NCBI GenBank assembly: GCA_030618705.1
Contig: JAUXCW010000001.1
Coordinates: 1 to 62,359, forward strand
Direction: 5' to 3'
Length of the DNA: 62,359 bases
Source of the DNA: Gammaproteobacteria bacterium
Lineage (GTDB): Bacteria > Pseudomonadota > Gammaproteobacteria > Pseudomonadales > JAHEGP01
Shown: positions 9,079 through 17,001 of the stretch, one piece after another
Layout: each line of letters begins with the position of its first letter
How positions within the stretch are numbered: position 1 is the first letter of the stretch
The notes under the pieces: generated by a model
Told to the model about the DNA's origin: nothing
Seen by the model: only the letters and a program-made list of their open reading frames with translations
Database searches by the model: none
Made by a program: the position numbers and the translations under genes

Positions 9079-10494
9079 TCAGCTACGGCCGTAGTTGTCC
9101 TCGTAGCGCACGATGTCATCTTCACCCAGGTAACTGCCACTCTGGACCTCTATCAGGTGCAAGGGCATTTTCCCCGGGTTGCGCAGACGATGTTTTTCGC
9201 CGAGGGGGATGTAGATGCTCTCGTTCTCCGCCAACATGTGGCTTTTCTCACCCACCTGGACCTCGGCGGTACCCTGCACCACGACCCAGTGTTCCGCCCG
9301 GTGGTGATGCATCTGCAAGGACAGGGATTGCCCGGGATTAACGGTGATACGCTTGACCTGGTAGCGCTCACCGTGGTCTACGGATTCATAACTGCCCCAG
9401 GGGCGATACACTTCACTGTGCGTCAGGTGTTCTTCCCGCCCCCGCTCATCCAGGCGGCTGACCAGCATTTTGACATCCTGCACCCGGTCGCGGCTGGCGA
9501 TCAACAGCGCATCCGTGGTGTCCACCACCACCAGGTCGCTGACCCCTATGGCGGCGATCAGGTGGTCATTGGCGTGAAACAGGCAACCGCTGCAATCCTC
9601 GGTGATCACATCGCCCCGTCTGGCATTGCCCTGCTCGTCCTTATCCATGACCTCGAGGATGGAGGACCAGCTGCCCAGGTCGCTCCACGAGATATCCAGG
9701 GGCACCATCCACGCATGGTCGGTCCGCTCCAGCACCGCGTAGTCGATGGACTCTGAAGGGCAGGCCTCCATCGCGGCCTGGCCGAGCCGAATAAAGTCCA
9801 GATCAACGGCGGCTTCCTCAAAGGCCTGTCGGCAGTAATCCATCATGGCGGGCTCAAAACGCGTCAACTCCTGTACAAGCGTCGCCGCCTTGAACACGAA
9901 CATACCGCTATTCCAGAAGTATTCGCCGCTGGCGAGATATTTTTCAGCGGTGGCCGCATCCGGTTTTTCGACAAATTCAACCACCGCCGCGCCCGACTCG
10001 GTGTCTCCAGCGGCGCGAATATAGCCATAACCGGTTTCCGGCTTATCCGGGCGCACGCCAAATACCACCAGGTGACCTTCGGCGGCACGCGCTATCGCTC
10101 GATCCAGGGCTTCGCGGAACATGGTCTCTTCCCGGATAAGGTGATCCGCGGGCAACACCACCATAATCGCGTCGTCATCCTGCTGCAGTGCCTTGAGCGC
10201 CGCCACGGCGATAGCCGGGGCGGTATTGCGGGCAATCGGCTCGAGGATAATGGCAGCGGTAGCGCCATCGAGCTCGCCGAGTTGCTCGGCGATCAGGAAG
10301 CGTTGCTCATCATTACAGACCACCGTCGGTGCCCCCAAATGGGCGATACGCATGGCGGTTTCCTGCAACATGGACCAGGGCCCGGTCAATTTCAGCAATT
10401 GCTTTGGGTAGTGTTTACGGGACATCGGCCACAAACGCGTACCACTACCACCGGAAAGAATAACCGGTACCACCGGATTCTTATTGCTTGACAT
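9079..10494 (-). CDS. bifunctional mannose-1-phosphate guanylyltransferase / mannose-6-phosphate isomerase (type II PMI-GMP; AlgA/WbpW/XanB family)
   Basis: VILSGGSGTRLWPMSR nucleotidyl-transferase motif and a C-terminal cupin (RPWGSYESVD...HHHRAEHWVVV). Start trimmed to MSSNKNPVVPVIL at 10494. Confidence 0.9.
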   Translation of the reverse strand: MSSNKNPVVPVILSGGSGTRLWPMSRKHYPKQLLKLTGPWSMLQETAMRIAHLGAPTVVCNDEQRFLIAEQLGELDGATAAIILEPIARNTAPAIAVAALKALQQDDDAIMVVLPADHLIREETMFREALDRAIARAAEGHLVVFGVRPDKPETGYGYIRAAGDTESGAAVVEFVEKPDAATAEKYLASGEYFWNSGMFVFKAATLVQELTRFEPAMMDYCRQAFEEAAVDLDFIRLGQAAMEACPSESIDYAVLERTDHAWMVPLDISWSDLGSWSSILEVMDKDEQGNARRGDVITEDCSGCLFHANDHLIAAIGVSDLVVVDTTDALLIASRDRVQDVKMLVSRLDERGREEHLTHSEVYRPWGSYESVDHGERYQVKRITVNPGQSLSLQMHHHRAEHWVVVQGTAEVQVGEKSHMLAENESIYIPLGEKHRLRNPGKMPLHLIEVQSGSYLGEDDIVRYEDNYGRS

Positions 10495-10653
10495 ACGATT
10501 CCTCACCATGACGCGGGCTGTTGCGACCCAGGTACGGCACACTGGATCCATCCGGGGCAGATAGCACCCCGTCAAAGGGCGGCAATTCTAACAGAAATCG
10601 CCGCATAAACTCCAACCGTTGCCGGCACCCCGTCCCACCGTACCGTACCGCAA

Positions 10654-10971
10654 TCAGCCGGTGGGCTTGGCGCCCTTGCAGTCGGGAGACGCCGGCGCCT
10701 GCTCCGCGCGAACCTGCCACTCCCCGGGGGTATAGGTATGCAGCGCAAGGGCATGCACCCCGGAGGCCAGGTGATCGCTCAGAACCTGGTAGACCTGCTG
10801 CTGGCGCGCCACCTGGCGCACACCCTCGAACCGGTCGCAAACCAGCACCACATTAAAATGGGACTCCGACCCCGGCGGAACATTGTGCATATGGCTTTCG
10901 TTGCGAACCGTCAGATGCAGTGGCGAAAACGCCGCCTGTAGCTGGCCTTCGATGGACTCTTGTACGCTCAT
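10654..10971 (-). CDS. bolA: BolA family transcriptional regulator/morphoprotein
   Basis: NESHMHNVPPGSESHFNVVLVCDRFEGV...VHALALHTYTPGEW matches the BolA fold signature. Confidence 0.8.
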   Translation of the reverse strand: MSVQESIEGQLQAAFSPLHLTVRNESHMHNVPPGSESHFNVVLVCDRFEGVRQVARQQQVYQVLSDHLASGVHALALHTYTPGEWQVRAEQAPASPDCKGAKPTG

Positions 10972-11022
10972 TGGTCTAACCTCAGTATGCAGATGCTGCC
11001 ATTATAGGAAAACGCCCTTGCA

Positions 11023-13008
11023 ATGCCGAGCATTCATCAACAAGCCGGAAATACCCCCCCGCAAGCCGCCGGCGGCATGACTCGCGCCGGGTTTAAACAT
11101 ATCGCTAATCGCCTGCTGGTGTGGATACTCGGTGTTTGCCTGTTGATTTTCCTCGGCTTTTCTCTACTGGTCTACCAGCGAACAAGCCTCCTGATAAGAC
11201 ACCAGGCACAATCCAGGGCCGAGCTGGCGGTGGAGAACACCGTACAGAGCATCGAATCCCTGCTGCGCCATGTCAGTCGTGGCGTCCGCACCGCTCGCAG
11301 CGTCTTGCTGGCCGCCCAGGTCGACGAGGCGCACCTGCTGGCGCTGTTACAAACACTGGTAGAGGACAAATCGGAAGTCTTCGGCATGGCGCTGGCACTG
11401 GAGCCCGATACCCTGCCCGGCCGGACGCGATTCGCGCCCTATGTCTATCGCGGCGGAAACCGCTTGCACACTGTCGACCTCGCGAGCGGGGAATACGACT
11501 ACCTGAACCAACCCTGGTATCGCATCCCGGTGGAGCAAAACCAGTCCAGCTGGTCAGAGCCCTACTACGACCGGGGCGGCGGCAATATCGCCATGGTCAC
11601 CTTCAGCTCACCCATTACAGAAACCGCAGCGGATGGAACGCCGACCACACTGGGCGTCATCACCGCCGACGTCAGCCTGCAAACCCTGAGCAATATGGTG
11701 GACGATATCCAGCTCGGCTCACGCGGCTATGCCTACATACTATCGGCGAGCGGGCGTATCATCACCCATGACAACGCCGCCTTACGCATGGCCAGAGTAG
11801 AACAACTCCCCATCTGGAAGGACAGCGACAAGCGCTGGCAAGAGGTCATTATCGCCATGGGGGAACGGCAACGGGGCCACAGGCTTCTACCCTGCTCAGT
11901 GGGTTCCGGGGAGTTGTGCTGGCTTTCCTATGAGCCCCTGGGGAATTCCGACTGGTCCATCCTGATTGCCATCCCACTGGCCGATATCGAGAGCGAGCAG
12001 CTGGTGCTCGGTCGCACAATGCTGGTACTGGGCAGCGGGGCAATTTTGTTGTTGGGCGTACTGATTTTATGGCTCTCCCGCCGCTTGAGTCGCCCCATCA
12101 ACCAACTCGCCGAGCATACCGGGATCATCGCGCAAGGCACGCTCGACCAGCCAGTGCCGGCGCGCCGGATGAGGGACGAAATCGGTACCCTGGCGAACAA
12201 TATCCACGGTATGCAGCAAAACCTGAAATACTATATCGAGAACCTTACCGAGGAGACCGCTCGCCGGGAGCGGCTGGAGAGCGAATTAGACATCGCCGCG
12301 AGTATACAGGGTCAAATGCTGCCCGACGGCGGCGAAAGCAACTTTCAGCAACATAACTTCCAGCTGGCGGCCACGGTCGTGGCCGCCAGGCAAATTGGCG
12401 GCGACTTCTATCTTTACCAACAACTGGACGACCGAAGGCTGTTTTTTATGATTGGCGATGTCTCGGACAAGGGCATCCCCGCGGCTCTGTTCATGGCCCA
12501 GAGCATTACCCAGATTCGCAGCCTGCTCACGGTCGCGCCAGAGCCTGCAGACCTGCTGGACGCACTAAACCGCAAGCTCTGCCAGAACAATGAAAACTGC
12601 ATGTTTGTCACCGCCATAGCCGCGGTGGTGGATACACTCTCCGGCCACTGCCGCCTGGCTTCTGCCGGCCACGCCGCGCCGTTGCTCAAGGCCGATTGCG
12701 TCAGCGAACTGAAACTGGAGTCCGGGCCGGCCCTCGGCTTACTGGAGCAGGCCGACTACGATGGGCTTGATATCACGCTGCAACCGGGTCAATCCCTCCT
12801 GCTCTATACCGACGGCGTGGATGAAGCGCTCGATGCGGCGGGGCAAGCTTATGGTCTGGACGGCCTGATTCAAGCGATAGAGCGCGACGCGGGGAGCGAT
12901 TGCCAAACCCTGGTCGGCGCGTTACTGCAGGATGTCCTCGACTTCCAACAAGGCCGGATATTCGATGATATTACCCTGCTGGCCCTGGGCCGAGCCTCTC
13001 AACCATGA
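11023..13008 (+). CDS. membrane sensor PP2C (SpoIIE/RsbU-type) phosphatase with Cache-like periplasmic domain and HAMP
   Basis: TM, then a Cache-like region (YVYRGGNRLHTVDL...QPWYRIP...SEPYYD), TM, HAMP (RLSRPINQLAEHTGIIAQGTLDQ) and PP2C motifs (GGDFY, IGDVSDKGIPAALFMA, LLLYTDGVDEA). Start may be the Met at 11077. Confidence 0.85.
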   Translation: MPSIHQQAGNTPPQAAGGMTRAGFKHIANRLLVWILGVCLLIFLGFSLLVYQRTSLLIRHQAQSRAELAVENTVQSIESLLRHVSRGVRTARSVLLAAQVDEAHLLALLQTLVEDKSEVFGMALALEPDTLPGRTRFAPYVYRGGNRLHTVDLASGEYDYLNQPWYRIPVEQNQSSWSEPYYDRGGGNIAMVTFSSPITETAADGTPTTLGVITADVSLQTLSNMVDDIQLGSRGYAYILSASGRIITHDNAALRMARVEQLPIWKDSDKRWQEVIIAMGERQRGHRLLPCSVGSGELCWLSYEPLGNSDWSILIAIPLADIESEQLVLGRTMLVLGSGAILLLGVLILWLSRRLSRPINQLAEHTGIIAQGTLDQPVPARRMRDEIGTLANNIHGMQQNLKYYIENLTEETARRERLESELDIAASIQGQMLPDGGESNFQQHNFQLAATVVAARQIGGDFYLYQQLDDRRLFFMIGDVSDKGIPAALFMAQSITQIRSLLTVAPEPADLLDALNRKLCQNNENCMFVTAIAAVVDTLSGHCRLASAGHAAPLLKADCVSELKLESGPALGLLEQADYDGLDITLQPGQSLLLYTDGVDEALDAAGQAYGLDGLIQAIERDAGSDCQTLVGALLQDVLDFQQGRIFDDITLLALGRASQP

Positions 13009-13445
13009 AGCCAACCAGGAGTATATCCATCGCCAATCAGGTAGATTCGCTACCCCTGGCAAATGCATTGATAGATCAATTCTGTCGACGGCACGCACTT
13101 GCAGCCGAACTTGAACAAACCCTCATGCTCCTGTGCGAAGAAGTCCTGTGCAATACCATAAGCCACGGCTATCCCGATGGCTCCCGTGGCAGGATCCAGC
13201 TTGAGCTATACCGGGACCGCGAGCGGGTCACGCTCCGTTTCGAGGATGACGGCATCGCATTCGACCCCACTTCGCAGCCGGAAGCCCAGCTGGGACTGCC
13301 CATCGCCGAGGCACCCATCGGCGGTCTGGGCCTGGCGATGATCAAACAGTTGAGCGATGAAACGCACTATCAAAGACAGGGCAAATACAATATTCTGACC
13401 CTGTCCTGCAACGCCACCTCGCAGCGGGACAGAAAAAAAACATAG
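13005..13445 (+). CDS. anti-sigma-factor-like serine kinase (RsbW/SpoIIAB, HATPase_c_2)
   Basis: EEVLCNTISHGY N-box-like motif, DDGIAFDP, GGLGLAMIKQL. ATGA overlap with the phosphatase gene. Confidence 0.75.
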   Translation: MKPTRSISIANQVDSLPLANALIDQFCRRHALAAELEQTLMLLCEEVLCNTISHGYPDGSRGRIQLELYRDRERVTLRFEDDGIAFDPTSQPEAQLGLPIAEAPIGGLGLAMIKQLSDETHYQRQGKYNILTLSCNATSQRDRKKT

Positions 13446-13477
13446 CGCGGGTACACCCGTTGAAACAGGAGAAACCA

Positions 13478-13858
13478 ATGCCCCTAGAGTTCAATATTTC
13501 TGAAAAACAAGCCACAGTACAGCGGGTTGAATTATCAGGCCGGCTGGACACATTGACAGCACCGCAACTCGACCGTGCGCTGGACGACGTACCACCAGAT
13601 ACGCGAATGCTGATCTTCGACATGACAGCATTGGACTACATCAGCAGCGCCGGTATCCGGAGTATTTTTAAAGCCACCAAGTCGGTGCAGCGCAACGGCG
13701 GTCGCGCGGGAGTCCTGAATATGCAGCCACAAATTCGCAAGGTATTCGATATCGTCAAAGCCATGCCCGACGTGCCCATTTTCAGGAATGACGAGGAGAT
13801 GGATGAGTACCTCGACGCGATGCAGAAAAAAATCATCGACGGGGGCGATCTTTCCTAA
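13478..13858 (+). CDS. STAS-domain anti-sigma-factor antagonist (RsbV/SpoIIAA-like)
   Basis: LSGRLDTLTAPQL...LDYISSAGIRSI carries the phosphorylatable Ser context. Start set at the ATG at 13478, preceded by AGGAG. Confidence 0.85.
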   Translation: MPLEFNISEKQATVQRVELSGRLDTLTAPQLDRALDDVPPDTRMLIFDMTALDYISSAGIRSIFKATKSVQRNGGRAGVLNMQPQIRKVFDIVKAMPDVPIFRNDEEMDEYLDAMQKKIIDGGDLS

Positions 13859-14814
13859 ACGTCTACCCGTTTGCCACGAACGCTGAACTGGGCGCCAAAC
13901 AACGCGAGGGCGCCCAGGGCAACGGCAAACCAGAGCGTGGCGATGCGACACAGAAGCGTTGCCGCCGTGGCGTCCGGAGTGCTGATCCCGGTGTGTACCA
14001 GCAGCAGGATCATCACCGCTTCGGTACTACCGAGCCCCCCGGGCAGGAATGAAAGCGCCCCCACCAGCAAGCCGAGACAGAATATCCCCACGGCAATGGC
14101 CATATCGGCGGGTAGCCCCATGGCCTCCAGGATCAAAAACAGGATAAGCGCCTGGATCCCCCAGGCCAGAAGACCGAGCGTGTAACTGATCAGCAAGGTA
14201 CCGAACCCCAGCAGGGTCGATGAGGCACGCAGTGTACTCGCCAGTTCGGCCAGGCCTGTTCGCAGCCGCGGCCCCTGGAGTCGACCCTGCAATGTATCCA
14301 ACAGCCGTGGAAATTGCGGTGCCCGCACCATCAGGAACACCAGCAAGATGAGCGCCGCCGCGGCGACGACGGGCCAGATATGGCTCTGGAAACGAGCTAG
14401 CGCCAGGATCGACAATGTCGCCACCGCCAGCAAATCGGTGAATCGCTCGGCAAAGAACGCGGCCAGGCTGTGAGTGTAAGGCACACCTTCGGGCTTCAGG
14501 TAGATCGAACGTATATTTTCGCCCAGCTTGCCGGGGGTGGCAGTAAGGGCAAAGCCCGACATATAGAATACCAGGCTTCGCCCCCAGGGCACCCTGTGAC
14601 CCAGCTGCGCCAAATACCATTGCCAACGCATAAATCGTAAGAGAAAGTGCAGCAGGGCCAGGGCGAGCACCAGGCTCCAGTCGGCAGCCGACAACAGGGA
14701 AGCCGCTTGCGCCGTCTCCCGGTAACCTGAAAACCCCATCACCACGATATACAGTGCGATACCGACAACGGTGCTGACGATGATCGGTTTAATCAGTGCG
14801 CTGTATCGGCTCAA
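13855..14814 (-). CDS. UPF0104 / lysylphosphatidylglycerol-synthase-TM-region-like (flippase-like) membrane protein
   Basis: Polytopic (about 8 TM) protein with FMRWQWYL and PGGLGSTEAV motifs typical of this family. Confidence 0.6.
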   Translation of the reverse strand: MSRYSALIKPIIVSTVVGIALYIVVMGFSGYRETAQAASLLSAADWSLVLALALLHFLLRFMRWQWYLAQLGHRVPWGRSLVFYMSGFALTATPGKLGENIRSIYLKPEGVPYTHSLAAFFAERFTDLLAVATLSILALARFQSHIWPVVAAAALILLVFLMVRAPQFPRLLDTLQGRLQGPRLRTGLAELASTLRASSTLLGFGTLLISYTLGLLAWGIQALILFLILEAMGLPADMAIAVGIFCLGLLVGALSFLPGGLGSTEAVMILLLVHTGISTPDATAATLLCRIATLWFAVALGALALFGAQFSVRGKRVDV

Positions 14815-14859
14815 AAAAACAAGCCCTGGATTCTCGAGGTGTGCTTTGTCGACACTACA

Positions 14860-15483
14860 CTAACGTATCCGTATTTTCGGCAATGCGTCACTGCGCCGCA
14901 TACGATTGAGAAATTCACCCAGGGGGGCGGGCCCGGCGACATCCGGCTCATCGCTCGCGGGGGGATTGGCCCAGAATTCCTGCCAGGATGGCCACAACTC
15001 GTGCCAGGCGCCGTCATAGGGTTCGCGATCCGGCCAGCGCATTTTTTTATCACCCAGCGGCGGCTTGTTGATATCCGTGGCATACCAGTAACAGGGCAAG
15101 CGCCGACGGAAATACCAGCAACCGTCGATGCGCTCGTAGTTATCCCAGTACAACATCTGCATGATGACCCACTCCGGGCCGGTTTCGTGCTCATTCTTTG
15201 AATACACCACACCGTGGGCATGATCCGCATCGTCAAACTCGATGATATGCCCCCCTATGTGATGGGAGGTGCCGGTAAACTGCAGGCGCAGGGTGTCGTC
15301 CAGCCAGCGTTTCAAGTGAGCCCGACCGGTTTTCTCACGGCTCACGCGGATATCCGCCGCAAACAGCCCGACATGGGCATCCAGGTCCCGCATATCCAGG
15401 GACAGCGAATATTTTGCCGCCAACTGTCGAATCGCGTCGGTCGATTCAAGGCGATCAATACGGGCGAGTAGATCTTCAGTCAC
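14860..15483 (-). CDS. SnoaL-like / NTF2-family protein
   Basis: LARIDRLESTDAIRQLAAKYSLSLDMRDLDAHVGLFAADI is a SnoaL_4-type N-terminus. The ORF-track N-terminal extension overlaps the upstream gene, so the start was set at the GTG at 15483 (GAGG 9 nt upstream). Confidence 0.55.
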   Translation of the reverse strand: MTEDLLARIDRLESTDAIRQLAAKYSLSLDMRDLDAHVGLFAADIRVSREKTGRAHLKRWLDDTLRLQFTGTSHHIGGHIIEFDDADHAHGVVYSKNEHETGPEWVIMQMLYWDNYERIDGCWYFRRRLPCYWYATDINKPPLGDKKMRWPDREPYDGAWHELWPSWQEFWANPPASDEPDVAGPAPLGEFLNRMRRSDALPKIRIR

Positions 15484-15556
15484 TGCGAATAACCTCAGCA
15501 AATTAAACTGCCAGGTGGCGAGCCAGGGTTTGTTCAAGCCCCGCTGGCCACTCTCC

Positions 15557-16807
15557 CTATGCTCGCACACTTCGTTCCGGATCTGTACCACCCAGCCGGT
15601 TTCGGGATGAATACTCGGCGATTTTGTCAGCATTGACAGCCATGGCCAGCGGCAGCCAGAACCACAACCAGGGCTCAGCCGGCCGATCGATGATAGCGGG
15701 ACTATCCACCAGGCATGCCAGTTGTACGAAGACGAAAATACAGCTCCAGTACAGCACCTCCTGGTTAGCCAGCAAGGGCCGTAATTTGAGCACAATTAGC
15801 ACCAGCAGGGATATCGCCAGTGCGATCCCCACCAGGCCGGCCTCATACCAGATGGAAATCAGGAGATTGTGGGGATGATAGAACGGCTCACTGAGCCCGG
15901 CAAAGGGTGTGCCCTCGAAGGATACATAAAATGGCGCCCGCACCCCGTGGCCGATTAACCAGTTCTCCCGGATCTGGTCCATGGTGGCGCGCCAGCCCCA
16001 CATGCGCATCTCGAAGGTCCAGGAGCGGCTGACATTGGCGAGCCATTCACTCTCGATGTCCAGTAGCATCACCGCAAACAACAAAACGCTGAAACCGGCC
16101 AACAGCAGCACTATCCGGGTATTCCGGCGCTGCAGGTAGTACCACAGAGCGGTGAGTGACAGGGCGAGAAACGCGGTGCGTGAAAAGCTGAGCACCAGCG
16201 GCAGGAAGAAAATCAGCGCCAACACCAGATAAAACGCGCGGGGCCAGGGCTTTGCCACCAATCGGGCCTGCATCAGGCAATACATCATGAACACCGCGAC
16301 GATTTCGCCGACGACGACCGCCGACATATAGCGGCCACCCAATTGCCAAAGGCGCTGGGTGTAGAAACCGGGCCCGTTGAGCCGCAGAAAATCGACCACC
16401 GTCCACAACACCACGACCGCGGCGACACAGAGCGAGAGCGACAGCGTAATATTGAATAAGCGCATATCGTCCAGCATCAAGCGGATCGCCAGTACAAACA
16501 CCCAGATCATCCCCAATACCTTGAGAATGCGCACCGGGTTGTCGAAGGGGGTCCAGAATATCGTGATGCCCAGCCAGATAAGCAGGAGGGTAAAGCACTG
16601 CAATACCACATCGCGGGCAAGCGCCCTGGCCAGTGAAGGCGCATTCAATATCAATGCGGCAACGGCGGGAATATACAAGCCGATGTAGATCTGGGTCTGG
16701 TACTTCGAGTTTTCCGGGCTAATAAAAAACCCCGCCACGAGCACGAACAGCCCAAAGTAAAGCGCATACCGTATAGTCGGCCTCAGCCAGGGGAAAACGC
16801 TATTCAC
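15557..16807 (-). CDS. O-antigen ligase/polymerase family (Wzy_C) membrane protein
   Basis: About 10-12 TM segments, with the FSRTAFLALSLTALWYYL loop-helix typical of Wzy_C/WaaL-like proteins. Confidence 0.65.
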   Translation of the reverse strand: MNSVFPWLRPTIRYALYFGLFVLVAGFFISPENSKYQTQIYIGLYIPAVAALILNAPSLARALARDVVLQCFTLLLIWLGITIFWTPFDNPVRILKVLGMIWVFVLAIRLMLDDMRLFNITLSLSLCVAAVVVLWTVVDFLRLNGPGFYTQRLWQLGGRYMSAVVVGEIVAVFMMYCLMQARLVAKPWPRAFYLVLALIFFLPLVLSFSRTAFLALSLTALWYYLQRRNTRIVLLLAGFSVLLFAVMLLDIESEWLANVSRSWTFEMRMWGWRATMDQIRENWLIGHGVRAPFYVSFEGTPFAGLSEPFYHPHNLLISIWYEAGLVGIALAISLLVLIVLKLRPLLANQEVLYWSCIFVFVQLACLVDSPAIIDRPAEPWLWFWLPLAMAVNADKIAEYSSRNRLGGTDPERSVRA

Positions 16808-17001
16808 TCACTCTCCTACAGGATTGTACCCGAACCCGTGTCAACTCCTCCTGGCTGACGAACTAACGAGCCGAGGCAGCGGCTGCGATGTTGCCACATG
16901 ATAGCGCATCCACACAGCCGTACAAATGCCTACAACCCGCGGCAATATTCGGCAGGGGAAGTCCGCCCATCCCGGACCCGCCGGGTGGACGCGAGAGATA
17001 C

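Noticed and set aside
9079-10575. N-terminal extensions suggested by the ORF track for several genes: 9079..10575, 14860..15795, 22767..23603, 26404..27996, 27885..28445, 33396..34868, 320..1792, 42187..43614.
   Set aside because: The extensions overlap upstream genes or promoters and lack family-typical sequence. Internal starts with SD-like motifs give the canonical N-termini (for example MSSNKNPVVPVILSGG, MRVLLIEDD, MNFKLSI).
10636-10652. An ops/JUMPStart-like element (minus strand TGCGGTACGGTACGGTG) ahead of the glycan operon.
   Set aside because: It deviates from the GGCGGTAGNNTG consensus at key positions, sits immediately after the bolA stop, and may just be a short CGGTA tandem.
10481-10856. 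ORFs 10481..10840 (-), 10521..10856 (+) and 10572..10754 (-) in and around the manC-bolA spacer.
   Set aside because: They have Arg/Pro/Gly-rich low-complexity translations and overlap bolA and the spacer, which is typical GC-rich noise.
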